Shown here: positions 16,886 to 27,479 of the stretch, piece after piece
How the letters are laid out: every line of letters starts with the position of its first letter
Position numbering within the stretch: the stretch's first letter is position 1
IMG/VR virus record: IMGVR_UViG_3300034105_002260
Source of the DNA: a virus
Reading direction: 5' to 3' (one strand)
DNA length: 64,000 nucleotides
Position numbers and translations under genes: made by a program
The notes under the pieces: model-generated
What the model was told of the DNA's origin: nothing
The model's input: the letters and a program-made list of their open reading frames with translations, nothing else
The model's database searches: none

Positions 16886-18661
16886 ATGAATAGTAGAGCA
16901 GAACAATTATTAGAATACGCAAAAATTATAAAGGACACTCCTTATGCACTGAGAACCTATCTACAAACGTATGATAACACTCAGAAGAAGTATGTACCTA
17001 TGGATTTATTTCCTGACCAAATACAATTGATTCAGGACTACGAAGACTACAACGAAAATATCACTAAAAAATATAGACAAGCGGGGGTAACAACAGTAAC
17101 CGCGGCTTGGTTATCAAAAAAGTTACAGTTAGCAAAACCTGAGAATCCTGAAAGAATTCTTATCATTGCAAACAAACGTGATACAGCAATTGAGATGGCT
17201 AATAAAGTTAGACACTTCATTGACCAATGGCCTGAATGGATAAATGTTGGGTTTTCGCCCGATAAGAACTCAGAAAGTAGATTTAGATTAAATAACGGTT
17301 CAGAAGTTAAAGCGGTTGCAACATCTGCGGATGCTCTTCGTGGTTTTACACCAACTGTACTTGTTTTTGATGAGGCGGCTTATATCGAAGCTGGTGATGA
17401 TTTTTGGGCAGCATCTATGGCATCCCTATCAACGGGTGGTAAGATTATTCTTATCTCAACTCCAAATGGATATGACCAAATTTACTATGGTGTTTATGAC
17501 CAAGCTTTAAGAGGTATCAATGACTTCCATATAACCGATTTAAGGTGGTTTAAAGACCCAAGATATACCAAAGACTTAAGATGGGTTAAATGTAGTGACA
17601 TATGTCATTATATGTTGAATAGGGAACAATATAACGATGATGAAGTTGTTCTTAATGACTTCGATATGAGTAACTACCGAGAATTAGAAGAACAAGGTTA
17701 TAAACCGTTCTCTTCTTGGTTTGAATCAATGTCTAAGAAATTTAAATACGATAGACGTAAGATTGCTCAGGAGTTAGAATGTGACTTTTTAGGTTCTGGA
17801 GATGGAGTTATTCCTGGAGACATTCAAGAAAATATTGCCAAGAATATGATTAGAGTTCCGATTGAAAAGTATATGCAAGGAACGTTTTGGCAATGGAAAG
17901 AACCAATTAATGGTCATAGATACATTATGGGTGTTGACGTTAGTAGGGGTGATAGTGAGGATTTTTCATCAATTAACATTATAGATTTTGACGATAGAGA
18001 ACAGGTTGCCGAATATATTGGTAAAATACCACCCGATGATTTAGCTTCGGTAGCTTATAAATGGGGGATATTATACGGTAACGCCTTTATAGTAATTGAT
18101 ATTACGGGAGGTATGGGGGTTGCAACATCAAGAAAATTACAAGAATTAAATTATAAAAACCTTTATATTGATGGGATTAATACTCAGAATATTTGGGAGT
18201 ATAATAAAAAGGCGTTAGATAAGATTCCTGGGTTAAACTTCAACAATAAAAGAACTCAAATTGTTGCAGCGTTTGAAGAAGCGTTAAGAAAGGGGTTTTT
18301 AGTTAGGTCAAATAGATTATTAAACGAACTTAATACATTTGTTTATATGAATGGAAGACCAGACCATATGAAAGGTTCTCACGATGATGCCATTATGAGT
18401 CTATCAATGGCCCTATATTCAGGTGATATTTGTTTTAATCAACTTGAAAAAACAGAAAACGCCAACAAAGCAATGTTAGAGTCTTGGACTATGTCAGAAA
18501 GAACATATGAGGTTAATAAAACACACTATTCATATGGTACATCTTTAGACCCGATCGGGGCGATGGCCACCGACCCAAGTTTTTTCCATAAGGATAATCC
18601 CCATAACGTACCAAAAGATATGTACAAAGAGTTCTCTTGGTTGTTCGGAAAAAGTAAATAA
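16886..18661 (+). CDS. terL: Terminase large subunit (T4 gp17-like)
   Basis: KYRQAGVTT, VFDEAA, ISTPNG, QELECDF, nuclease MGVDVSRG and HDDAIMS. Confidence 0.92.
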   Translation: MNSRAEQLLEYAKIIKDTPYALRTYLQTYDNTQKKYVPMDLFPDQIQLIQDYEDYNENITKKYRQAGVTTVTAAWLSKKLQLAKPENPERILIIANKRDTAIEMANKVRHFIDQWPEWINVGFSPDKNSESRFRLNNGSEVKAVATSADALRGFTPTVLVFDEAAYIEAGDDFWAASMASLSTGGKIILISTPNGYDQIYYGVYDQALRGINDFHITDLRWFKDPRYTKDLRWVKCSDICHYMLNREQYNDDEVVLNDFDMSNYRELEEQGYKPFSSWFESMSKKFKYDRRKIAQELECDFLGSGDGVIPGDIQENIAKNMIRVPIEKYMQGTFWQWKEPINGHRYIMGVDVSRGDSEDFSSINIIDFDDREQVAEYIGKIPPDDLASVAYKWGILYGNAFIVIDITGGMGVATSRKLQELNYKNLYIDGINTQNIWEYNKKALDKIPGLNFNNKRTQIVAAFEEALRKGFLVRSNRLLNELNTFVYMNGRPDHMKGSHDDAIMSLSMALYSGDICFNQLEKTENANKAMLESWTMSERTYEVNKTHYSYGTSLDPIGAMATDPSFFHKDNPHNVPKDMYKEFSWLFGKSK

Positions 18662-18715
18662 CATTTCCTAATTAAATAAAAAGGTTTATATTATAAAGAA
18701 AACTATTTATATACG

Positions 18716-20533
18716 ATGGCAGAGAATAATAACACAGTCTTTCAGAAATTAACAAGGATGTTCGGTTACCCTAATCAGGTAAAAAAAGACCAGATACCTT
18801 CATTTAATTTCTCTAAAGACCAAATACTAAACACGGACAATAGAGAAGAGTACGAAAAGGCAATGTTGCAAGCTCAACAAAGTCAATACGTTGCAGATAA
18901 GTGGTCTAAATTAGATCAATCTCTATATAACCAATCGGTTTATTATGAACCAAATAGATTGGCCGCAACATATGATTATGAATCTATGGAGTTTACTCCA
19001 GAAATTTCAGCGGCGTTAGACATCTACGCAGAAGAATCTACAACACTTTCAGAAAAGGGTGAAATATTAACAATCTTTTCTGAATCGGATAGAGTTAAAA
19101 CAATATTAGAAGATTTATTTATCAACAAATTAGATGTAAACACTAACCTACAAATGTGGGCTAGAGGTTTATGTAAGTATGGTGATGATTTTGTGTATTT
19201 AAAAATTGATCCTGAAAAAGGTATCATTGGTGTACAACAATTACCAAACATTGAAATAGAAAGAATTGAAGGGTCGGCATCTAAAAACCCAGGGCAAATG
19301 TCAGATGCTAAGTTACCAACAAGAGAACTACGTTTTACTTGGAAAAATAAAGATATGGAATTCCAAGCTTGGGAGATTGCTCACTTTAGATTATTAGGTG
19401 ACGATAGAAAACTTCCTTATGGAACATCTATGTTAGATAAGATTAGAAGAATTTGGAAACAACTATTACTTGCTGAAGATGCTATGTTAATCTATAGAAC
19501 TTCAAGAGCACCTGAAAGACGTGTATTCAAAGTATTTGTAGGTAATATGGATGATAAAGATATTGAACCATATGTACAACGTGTAGCAAGTAAATTTAAA
19601 AGAGATGCTATTGCTGATCCACGTAATGGTAATGTCGATATGAGATATAACCAAATGGCCGTAGATCAGGATTATTTTATTCCTGTACGTGATCCCGCAC
19701 AAACAAGTCCGATTGAAACATTACCTGGAGCACAAAACTTAGGTGAAATTGCGGATATTGAATATATTCAAAAGAAACTATTAGCCGCGTTACGTATTCC
19801 AAAAGCGTTCTTAGGATTTGAAGAAGTTGTAGGTGAAGGTAAAACTTTAGCATTGATGGATATTCGTTTTGCTAGAACAATTAATAGAATTCAAAAATCA
19901 TTAATTCAAGAATTAAATAAAATTGCTTTAGTTCATTTATACCTTATGGGTTTAGAAGATGAATTAAATAATTTTACATTATCATTAACGAACCCATCGG
20001 CACAATCTGATTTATTACGTATAGAACAATGGAAAGAAAAGGTTACTCTTTATAAAGACGCAACCTCAGATCAATCACAAGTTGGTATCTTACCTGTTTC
20101 ACATACTTGGGCTAAAAAGAACATACTTGGATTTAGTGATTCTGAAGTTATTCTTGATTTACAACAACAACGTTTAGAAAGAGCAATGGGATTTGAATTA
20201 ACAAATACCCAAAATGTAATTAAACGTTCAGGAGTATTTGATGAAGTGGATTCTAAATATGGTATTCCAGAAGAGGAAAGAAAGGCGGCTGAAGCTGCGG
20301 GAGCAGCTGGTGAAGCTCCTGCGGGAGGTGGAATGGATATGGGTGGAGGTGCTCCACCACCAGCTGATACAGGAGGAGAAGCGCCTCTTAGTGAATCAAA
20401 ATCTAAGAAATCAAAAATATTAGGGATGTTAGGTGACGAAAGTTTATCAATTAATGATTTATTTGATATGGATAAGGCGAAACGTAATATTTATGAAATA
20501 GAAACAAAAATAAAAGACATATTAAACGACTAA
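18716..20533 (+). CDS. Portal protein (T4 gp20-like)
   Basis: LLAEDAMLIYR.SRAPERRVF, DYFIPVR, IETLPG.QNLG.I.DIEY..KKL..AL.IP. Confidence 0.93.
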   Translation: MAENNNTVFQKLTRMFGYPNQVKKDQIPSFNFSKDQILNTDNREEYEKAMLQAQQSQYVADKWSKLDQSLYNQSVYYEPNRLAATYDYESMEFTPEISAALDIYAEESTTLSEKGEILTIFSESDRVKTILEDLFINKLDVNTNLQMWARGLCKYGDDFVYLKIDPEKGIIGVQQLPNIEIERIEGSASKNPGQMSDAKLPTRELRFTWKNKDMEFQAWEIAHFRLLGDDRKLPYGTSMLDKIRRIWKQLLLAEDAMLIYRTSRAPERRVFKVFVGNMDDKDIEPYVQRVASKFKRDAIADPRNGNVDMRYNQMAVDQDYFIPVRDPAQTSPIETLPGAQNLGEIADIEYIQKKLLAALRIPKAFLGFEEVVGEGKTLALMDIRFARTINRIQKSLIQELNKIALVHLYLMGLEDELNNFTLSLTNPSAQSDLLRIEQWKEKVTLYKDATSDQSQVGILPVSHTWAKKNILGFSDSEVILDLQQQRLERAMGFELTNTQNVIKRSGVFDEVDSKYGIPEEERKAAEAAGAAGEAPAGGGMDMGGGAPPPADTGGEAPLSESKSKKSKILGMLGDESLSINDLFDMDKAKRNIYEIETKIKDILND

Positions 20534-20535
20534 CA

Positions 20536-21282
20536 ATGAACAAATTCGGGGAATTAAAATCCAAAATGTTGACAAAATTAACTGAGTCTTATTCTAAAGA
20601 AAATAAGACTGAAGTTAAAGATATATTACAAACAATTAAAGAAAACAAAGCATTTAAAGAAATGTATTTGTTTTATGAAGAAATTGAGAACAAATACTTT
20701 GATGACAAAGAGATTGCAAAATTATATGTTGAGGGTTTAAATACGTATTTTGGTCAACCAATGGGTAATTGGAACGATTTAAATGTGTTTTGTGAATCAT
20801 TAAACAAAAAATTGGGTTTGGTTGAAATCACATCAAATGAATTATATGAATCTTTAGATGTCTTATCTGAAAAAGATTCATTATCAAATATTGAAAAGAA
20901 GGTTATTGCAAAAAAGAAATTAGTAGAACATTTAACAACAAAGAAAGAAGTAAACGAATCTAAACAAGTGACTTACTCTCAAAATGAAAATTTACTGCAC
21001 GCAGTATTAGCTAATAATTTTAACGTATTATACAGTAACAATTTAAACGAATTTCAACAAACAGAATTAAAAACTATTCTTTCAATTTCAAATGAAGATT
21101 TAGTTTCTAAAACTACAGAATTAAAAGAATCCATTCTTAATAGAGTTGGTTCACTTTTAAGTGAATCTAATGACAATGACTTAACTACTAAATTAAGTAA
21201 AGTAAAGGATGAGGTTCAAGATATGGGTTTATCCAAATATAATTATTATCGACTTACTCAACTTAAAAATGGTCTTGTTTAA
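20536..21282 (+). CDS. Hypothetical head-module protein
   Basis: 248-aa ORF between portal and protease genes. Confidence 0.65.
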   Translation: MNKFGELKSKMLTKLTESYSKENKTEVKDILQTIKENKAFKEMYLFYEEIENKYFDDKEIAKLYVEGLNTYFGQPMGNWNDLNVFCESLNKKLGLVEITSNELYESLDVLSEKDSLSNIEKKVIAKKKLVEHLTTKKEVNESKQVTYSQNENLLHAVLANNFNVLYSNNLNEFQQTELKTILSISNEDLVSKTTELKESILNRVGSLLSESNDNDLTTKLSKVKDEVQDMGLSKYNYYRLTQLKNGLV

Positions 21283-21298
21283 TCAAGACCATTTTTAA
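21263..21298. terminator. Perfect 15-bp inverted repeat over two convergent stop codons
   Basis: ttaaaaatggtcttg-N6-caagaccatttttaa. Confidence 0.65.
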
Positions 21299-21470
21299 TT
21301 TGTTGAATATACGTCGCCTTTAAACGTTGAGTTCTTTTTACAACGGAGGGTTTAACAAATTCTTGTCTTTCTCTTAACTCTTGAATTTGTTTGGTATTAC
21401 GTACCTTGTTTTTATACAGCTTTAGAGCTCCCTCGATTCCCTTATTACTGTCTACTTTAATATATAACAT
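21279..21470 (-). CDS. rpsU: Ribosomal protein bS21
   Basis: IEGALK.YK.K......ELRERQEFVKPSVVKR...KA.Y; antisense within the head module, as in known bS21 phages. Confidence 0.9.
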   Translation of the reverse strand: MLYIKVDSNKGIEGALKLYKNKVRNTKQIQELRERQEFVKPSVVKRTQRLKATYIQQIKNGLD

Positions 21471-21486
21471 ATCTATAATTATATCA

Positions 21487-21518
21487 CAAATATACTAAAT
21501 GTTTTTTGGTATTTCAAA
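21487..21518 (-). promoter_or_regulatory. Bacteroidota sigmaA-type promoter for rpsU
   Basis: TTTG-N20-TATATTTG on the minus strand. Confidence 0.65.
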
Positions 21519-21572
21519 TATTTTAGTTTATATTTTTTTAACACCATAAATAAAAATAATATGAAAATATAA

Positions 21573-21998
21573 ATGAAAACAGGAAAGTATATCTCCCTTG
21601 GAGAATACAATGAAGTAAAAATAGGATACGGAACCGTAGACTTTAAAAACTTAAAAACAATTTACTTAAAACTAAATGCTTGGGTAGAACCAAATAACGA
21701 TACCGATGATTTTGATTATCTGATTAATAAAACTAGAAGGGGAATTAAAGAAATAATTTATAATTTAAAAAATGAAAATTTCAAACCTCAATCTATTGTA
21801 GATTTAGATATTAGAACAAAGGGTATAAAATTAAATAAAAGGTCATTTATGAACCTTGAGGTTACATTATATGTAGATAATTTCTTCGATGTTAAGTCTA
21901 AACACATTAAATTATCAGTTAAAGAGATTATAAAATCCATCATTGACGATAGGTTATGTAATAAAAATCTCTTTAACTTCTACAAAAACAAGAAATAA
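21573..21998 (+). CDS. Hypothetical protein
   Basis: 141-aa ORF; divergent TTTG-N20-TATATTTT at 21505-21536. Confidence 0.65.
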   Translation: MKTGKYISLGEYNEVKIGYGTVDFKNLKTIYLKLNAWVEPNNDTDDFDYLINKTRRGIKEIIYNLKNENFKPQSIVDLDIRTKGIKLNKRSFMNLEVTLYVDNFFDVKSKHIKLSVKEIIKSIIDDRLCNKNLFNFYKNKK

Positions 21999-22039
21999 CT
22001 TATATATCGTTGTATTTATAGTATTAATAGAAACTATAA

Positions 22040-22723
22040 ATGAAGATATTAGGTCCTAATGAGACGGGGAGAGGAATATTAATCGAATACGATGCTGGAC
22101 ACGTTTCCCCCGAAGACAACAAAAAAATTATATCGGAGATGAAGGATATGGACTTTTCACAAGACCTTATCCTTTATGCCGTTTTGCAAAAATACGATAC
22201 ACCCAACAAAAACGGGAGAATCTATCCCGAAGTCATTCTTAAGAGAGAAGACCAAAAATATCAACAACTTATTAAAAAAGGTGGAGCCCTTAACGAATTA
22301 AACCACCCATCCTCATCACTTATTGATTTAGATAGAGTTTCACACTCTATTCTTGAGACTTGGTGGGAAGGAAAAATGTTAATGGGTAAAATAAAATTAT
22401 TCACTTCTCCAGGTTGGAGAAAGATGGGTATTGTATCTACTAAAGGAGACCAAGCTGCGATGTTAATTATGAACGGAGCAACTCTTGGTATATCTTCTCG
22501 TGGGGTGGGATCATTAAAGAACGTGAAAGGTCAAAATGTAGTTCAGGAAGACTTTGAATTAGTTTGTTTTGATTTAGTATCGTCACCATCTACTCCAGGA
22601 GCATATGTATTTGCTGACCTATCAGATAGAGAACAGTATCAAGAATCGGTACAGGAAAATCCGATACTTGATGACAGAATGAAAAAATTAATGGGTGGTT
22701 TAGATAAATTTTTATCTAAATAA
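22040..22723 (+). CDS. Prohead core protease (T4 gp21-like)
   Basis: NKNGRIYP, ELNHP, GISSRGVGS, FDLVSSPSTPGA. Confidence 0.92.
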   Translation: MKILGPNETGRGILIEYDAGHVSPEDNKKIISEMKDMDFSQDLILYAVLQKYDTPNKNGRIYPEVILKREDQKYQQLIKKGGALNELNHPSSSLIDLDRVSHSILETWWEGKMLMGKIKLFTSPGWRKMGIVSTKGDQAAMLIMNGATLGISSRGVGSLKNVKGQNVVQEDFELVCFDLVSSPSTPGAYVFADLSDREQYQESVQENPILDDRMKKLMGGLDKFLSK

Positions 22724-22804
22724 TCAATTTTTTAGGGTTTCTAATATTAGAAAAGAGAATTTTCCATAAAACCGTAATATTTATAAAGTAATAAAACAAA
22801 AAAA

Positions 22805-23980
22805 ATGACCGAAAAATCCATTTTAGAACAAGCGTTACTTCAAGTACAAACACTTGAAGAAGCAGTAAAGCAAAATGCAAAGGGTATACTTGCTTCAACA
22901 ATGAAACAAGAACTAAATGATTTGCTTAAAGAATCGGAAGAAGAGGATGAAAACGAAACAACTCCTGTAATTGGAGATGATTCTGTTGAACCTGATGAAG
23001 AGGGAACAAATGATATGTCAGAACAACCAGTAGCCGACGATGAAGAAGGTGAAGACGATTCTGAAAATGTTGATGACCTTGATAATGATGATCCAAGTAA
23101 AGACATCGAATCTATGGATTCTGAAGACGAAACGTCTGATGATGAAGAAGAAGTTGAAATGCCATCTTTTGATGACACAGATACAGATGATGAAGATGTA
23201 ATGGATATGACCGGAGCTTCAGATGATGAAGTTTTAAAAGTTTTCAAGGCGATGAAACCAGAAGATGGTATTGTTGTTAAGAAAGACGGTGATGACATTA
23301 ATGTTGACTTGGGTGATGACGAGTATATCATCAAACTTGATGGTGGAGAAAGTGAGTCACCTGTTGCTGACGAATTCGGAGATGACTCTGAAGAAGCACC
23401 AGAATTAGGTGAAGAAACTATCTATGAAATTGAGTTAGACGAAGAGGAAGAAGAAGAGACTGAGGTTTCTGAAGAAGAATCTGAGGAAGATGGTAAAGAA
23501 GTTGAAGCTACAGAAGCAGCAAGAACTTTCGGTAATGACGTTAGAACTCCAGCGAACCAAGGTAAAAAATACAAAGCTGGTCGTAAAGAAATGAATGAAG
23601 AAGTTGAAACACTTAAGAAACAAAATTCTGAGTACAAAAAAGCTTTAATTCTTTTCAAGGAAAAACTTAACGAAGTTGCAGTGTTCAACGCGAACTTAGC
23701 TTATGCTACTCGTTTGTTCACAGAACATTCTACCACAAAACAGGAGAAATTGAACATATTAAAGAGATTTGATTCAATTTCAACTATGAACGAAGCTAAA
23801 AACTTGTTCAGCACAATAAAATCTGAATTAGGAACTAAAATGACAGTAACTGAATCAGTAGTTGAGAAAATCTCTAACACTCCATCATCTTCATCTTCTC
23901 AAGAGGTATTATCTGAGGCGAAAGCTTACGAGAATCCACAATTCAGAAGAATGAAAGATTTAATGAGTAAAATAAAATAA
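22805..23980 (+). CDS. Prohead scaffold/core protein (gp22-like)
   Basis: Highly acidic and coiled-coil; lies between protease and MCP. Confidence 0.75.
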   Translation: MTEKSILEQALLQVQTLEEAVKQNAKGILASTMKQELNDLLKESEEEDENETTPVIGDDSVEPDEEGTNDMSEQPVADDEEGEDDSENVDDLDNDDPSKDIESMDSEDETSDDEEEVEMPSFDDTDTDDEDVMDMTGASDDEVLKVFKAMKPEDGIVVKKDGDDINVDLGDDEYIIKLDGGESESPVADEFGDDSEEAPELGEETIYEIELDEEEEEETEVSEEESEEDGKEVEATEAARTFGNDVRTPANQGKKYKAGRKEMNEEVETLKKQNSEYKKALILFKEKLNEVAVFNANLAYATRLFTEHSTTKQEKLNILKRFDSISTMNEAKNLFSTIKSELGTKMTVTESVVEKISNTPSSSSSQEVLSEAKAYENPQFRRMKDLMSKIK

Positions 23981-24012
23981 TAAATAAAAAAACAAAAACC
24001 AAATATTTTAAA

Positions 24013-25746
24013 ATGGGAGCATTATTAGAAAGCGGTATGGTTGGTAACATCGGGTTAAAACACCTTAGAGTTATCAAAGAAGATACCATCAAAAAATGGG
24101 ACGAACTAGGATTCTTAGAAGGTCTAGAAGGTCACCAAAAAGATAACATCGCGCAATTGTATGAAAACCAAGCGTCACACTTAATCAACGAAGCAGCTGT
24201 AGCTGATGCGTCTGGTTCTTTCGAGACTGTAGTTTTCCCAATTATCCGTCGTGTATTCTCTAAATTATTAGCTAACGACATCGTGTCTGTACAAGCTATG
24301 AACTTACCAATTGGTAAATTATTCTTCTTCGTTCCTAAAATTCAGGAAAGAAATTCAGGAGCTCACTATTCTCCATATGGTATGCCAGGAGCTGGTGGAA
24401 GTGCTTCTACTGGTTACACAGGAAATAACTTATACGACAGATTCTACGAAGGTGGAGATGACGCAGATCAAGGATTGTTTGACTACTCTAAAGGAGAAGT
24501 TACTGACGTTTCTTTAACTGGTACGTCTATCGTTACTTTTGCAACTGGTGTTGAAAGTTCTCCAGTAACATTGACTTCAGGTTCAACTGCAGTTTCTAGT
24601 GTTATTGTTAAATTAACTGGTTTCTCTAAACCAGGTCAAGGTAAATTAGCTGGTCCAGACGGTAACGAAATGGATACAGAAGAGTTCTTAGCTTCTTTAC
24701 AGATTTCATCTTCTAAAGTTAAGGATGGTGCTTCATTACCTTTCAATGTGGTAACACAAAAATATGGTAAAGGTATCGTTGAATACGGAGTAAAAAGATT
24801 TGATTCTGCTAACGGTGCTGGATATCAAGATATCTGTGATGAGAATGGTGTTATCTACTTAAGTGTAGACGTTGAAACATATTCTGCAACTGCAGGTTTC
24901 TCTACATTCAAACCAACAGGTACAACTGATTTAGATGGTGCTGATTTCGTAGCGGTTTACCGTAGATATGCATCTTTAGAATTTGAAGATCAAATTGGTG
25001 AAGTATCTTTTGACCTTTCTTCTGTAACAGTTTCTGTAACTGAAAGAAAATTAAGAGCTAGCTGGTCTCCAGAATTGGCTCAAGACGTTAGTGCATTCCA
25101 CAACATCGACGCTGAAGCTGAGTTAACTGCATTGTTATCTGAGCAAATCGCAGCTGAGGTTGACCGTGAAATCTTACGTGATTTACGTAAAGGTGCAGCT
25201 TGGAAAGCTAAATGGGATTACAATGAGTGGAAATACGGTGGTGCATCTGGTGCAACATTACAAGGTTACACTCAAAAAGATTGGAACCAAACTTTGATCA
25301 CTAAAATCAACCAAGTTTCAGCTCAAATCCACAAAACTACTTTAAGAGGTGGTGCTAACTGGATCGTTGTTTCTTCAGAAGTTTCTGCAGTATTTGATGA
25401 TTTAGAGTACTTCCACGTATCTAACGCTCATCCAGAGCAAGATCAGTACAATATGGGTATTGAGAAAGTAGGTACATTAGCAGGTCGTTACCAAGTATAC
25501 CGTGACCCTTACTTCCCAGCAGGAAAAATCTTGATTGGACACAAAGGTAAATCATTGTTAGACGCTGGTTACATCTACGCACCGTACGTTCCATTACAAT
25601 TAACTCCTACTATGTACAATCCGTTCAATATGACCCCTATAAAGGGTATTATGACACGTTACGCAAAGAAAATGGTGAACAACCGTTACTTTGGTGTAAT
25701 TGATGTACAAGGTATCGTTACATTCAGTTTGGATACATTAAGATAA
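24013..25746 (+). CDS. Major capsid protein (T4 gp23-like)
   Basis: VSVQAM..P.G..F, RKLRASWSPELAQD..AFH.IDAEAEL, YAPYVPL, GIMTRY. Confidence 0.95.
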   Translation: MGALLESGMVGNIGLKHLRVIKEDTIKKWDELGFLEGLEGHQKDNIAQLYENQASHLINEAAVADASGSFETVVFPIIRRVFSKLLANDIVSVQAMNLPIGKLFFFVPKIQERNSGAHYSPYGMPGAGGSASTGYTGNNLYDRFYEGGDDADQGLFDYSKGEVTDVSLTGTSIVTFATGVESSPVTLTSGSTAVSSVIVKLTGFSKPGQGKLAGPDGNEMDTEEFLASLQISSSKVKDGASLPFNVVTQKYGKGIVEYGVKRFDSANGAGYQDICDENGVIYLSVDVETYSATAGFSTFKPTGTTDLDGADFVAVYRRYASLEFEDQIGEVSFDLSSVTVSVTERKLRASWSPELAQDVSAFHNIDAEAELTALLSEQIAAEVDREILRDLRKGAAWKAKWDYNEWKYGGASGATLQGYTQKDWNQTLITKINQVSAQIHKTTLRGGANWIVVSSEVSAVFDDLEYFHVSNAHPEQDQYNMGIEKVGTLAGRYQVYRDPYFPAGKILIGHKGKSLLDAGYIYAPYVPLQLTPTMYNPFNMTPIKGIMTRYAKKMVNNRYFGVIDVQGIVTFSLDTLR

Positions 25747-25768
25747 TCTTAGGATTCATCATACTAAA

Positions 25769-25797
25769 GACCCCCTCAGAAATGTGGGGGTTTTTTT
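25769..25797 (+). terminator. Intrinsic terminator after MCP
   Basis: GC hairpin followed by a T7 tract. Confidence 0.75.
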
Positions 25798-25836
25798 ATT
25801 ATTCGTATATTCCAAAAAAATTCTTATATTTGTGGT

Positions 25837-26151
25837 ATGTCAGAGGTAGATTACAGTAAATTAAGGTTAGATGTCTTAGAGAAATTAATATATTCTAGAA
25901 GTATAGAATGTAAGATGAATAAGACAGAAATGATTAGGACGTTGAAACTAGACGATGAGGGAAAGTATTTTCCACCAATGAAAGAGACAACTTACGATAA
26001 ATCTGATGGGGGATACATTATTGGGATAGATTTGACAAATAAAGCACATTTAGTACAAATTGGGAACCTAATATTAAAGAAAGAGGCTAAAAATTTACAT
26101 AGATATGCAACTGGGTTGTTATATTATTGGGCAAAACAAAAACTAATTTAA
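25837..26151 (+). CDS. Hypothetical protein
   Basis: 104-aa ORF; TATATTTG at 25825-25832. Confidence 0.6.
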   Translation: MSEVDYSKLRLDVLEKLIYSRSIECKMNKTEMIRTLKLDDEGKYFPPMKETTYDKSDGGYIIGIDLTNKAHLVQIGNLILKKEAKNLHRYATGLLYYWAKQKLI

Positions 26152-26152
26152 T

Positions 26153-26593
26153 ATGGAGTGGACTGAATATTTTTTAAACATTGCGGAACAGGTTAAACAG
26201 AAATCTAAAGACCAATCAACACAGATAGGTGCAGTTATCGTTGGGGAGGACAAAGAGGTCCTTTCTACGGGTTATAATTCATTTCCGAGGGGATTGGACG
26301 ATTCTAAACAAGAACGTCAGGAAAGACCTGAAAAGTACTTTTGGATGGAACACGCAGAACGTAATGCAATATATAACGCCGCTCGTATTGGAGTATCGTT
26401 AAAAAACTCCATAATATATCTTACATCGGGATTACCGTGTATGGATTGTGCTAGAGGTATAGTGAATAGTGGGATTAAAACTGTTTATTGTAAACAGATA
26501 TGCACAACTAAGAATAAAGACAAATGGGATGAATCACAAAAGAAAAGTCTCGAGTTATTGGGAGAATGTGATGTTGACGTAATTTACTACTAA
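26153..26593 (+). CDS. dCMP deaminase family protein
   Basis: SKD.STQIGAVIV, TGYN, HAERNAI, PCMDC. Confidence 0.88.
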   Translation: MEWTEYFLNIAEQVKQKSKDQSTQIGAVIVGEDKEVLSTGYNSFPRGLDDSKQERQERPEKYFWMEHAERNAIYNAARIGVSLKNSIIYLTSGLPCMDCARGIVNSGIKTVYCKQICTTKNKDKWDESQKKSLELLGECDVDVIYY

Positions 26594-27100
26594 TTACCAA
26601 GTTCTACAAGCCCAATATCTTGGTTTCCATCTTGGACCTGGATTTGAACAATTATGTCTTGCTCTAAATGATTTTCTTCTTTCAGGGTTATTTTTCTTGA
26701 TAACCATTCTTTTACCTTTAGCGGACTTACCACCAAAACCAAAGTTAACTTTAACAACCTTACCCTTATCGTTCTTAACGTATACTTTAAACTTTTTAAT
26801 GTCACCCTGCATTATCTTACCCAATTGAACTTTACGACCTTGATACTCGGCCTCGTTTAACATATTATCAATAACGTAGTTGGTCATTTGAACTGATCCA
26901 TCTATGTCTTCATATATTAAAACTGGAGTTTCTTCGTTATATTCGAATAATCTTTCGAATTGTTCTTCAGTAACTGTAATAATCATTTTTTTATATTTCT
27001 TGGTATTATCTGTATCACATTTGTGACATATATATGGGTCTTTACCACCTTCCGATAGTTTCCAAGACCAACCACAATTATCACAAACAATTTTTTTCAT
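26594..27100 (-). CDS. Hypothetical protein with N-terminal Zn ribbon and conserved KSFRARHNC...YWAC domain
   Basis: CDNC...CHKC; basic C-terminal domain seen in T4-like phages. Confidence 0.65.
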   Translation of the reverse strand: MKKIVCDNCGWSWKLSEGGKDPYICHKCDTDNTKKYKKMIITVTEEQFERLFEYNEETPVLIYEDIDGSVQMTNYVIDNMLNEAEYQGRKVQLGKIMQGDIKKFKVYVKNDKGKVVKVNFGFGGKSAKGKRMVIKKNNPERRKSFRARHNCSNPGPRWKPRYWACRTW

Positions 27101-27468
27101 TATTTCTTTTTTGGTACACAGTTAGGTACTTCTTTACCATTTTTCATTTTCTTTCCAACCATTTCATATCCTTTCCAACAAGGGTCGTCTTTCATTTCAT
27201 TAATATCCCCTTCTTTTTTTGTTTCATTCATAAAGAAATCAAACACTTGGTCCATATTGTTTTTTGCTTCAGATACGTGATCGTCAGCCCAATCGTGACC
27301 ATTTTTGATTATGGAATCTAACTCATCTGGATTCATTTTTAACAACATTTCACATTGTCTTTGAATCTGTTTTAAGTTACCAAAAAACATATAGTTTTCT
27401 TGACCAACATTTTCGTTCTCTTTAACAACCTTATTTAGGTGTTTTTTAATTATTTCATTTAGTTTCAT
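27100..27468 (-). CDS. Hypothetical late protein
   Basis: C-terminal PCWKGY..VG...GKEVPNCVP motif; TATTTATG at 27472-27479 suggests the MKLNE start. Confidence 0.6.
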   Translation of the reverse strand: MKLNEIIKKHLNKVVKENENVGQENYMFFGNLKQIQRQCEMLLKMNPDELDSIIKNGHDWADDHVSEAKNNMDQVFDFFMNETKKEGDINEMKDDPCWKGYEMVGKKMKNGKEVPNCVPKKK

Positions 27469-27479
27469 ATTCATAAATA

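Noticed and set aside
17060-17100. TerL Walker A lacking the canonical Lys (RQAGVTT)
   Set aside because: Deviant Walker A motifs with an upstream Lys are common in large terminases; the other motifs are intact.
22840-23688. Ser-rich antisense ORFs, and similar shadow ORFs throughout the track
   Set aside because: Mirror images of Glu/Asp-rich or otherwise biased sense genes; no independent signals.
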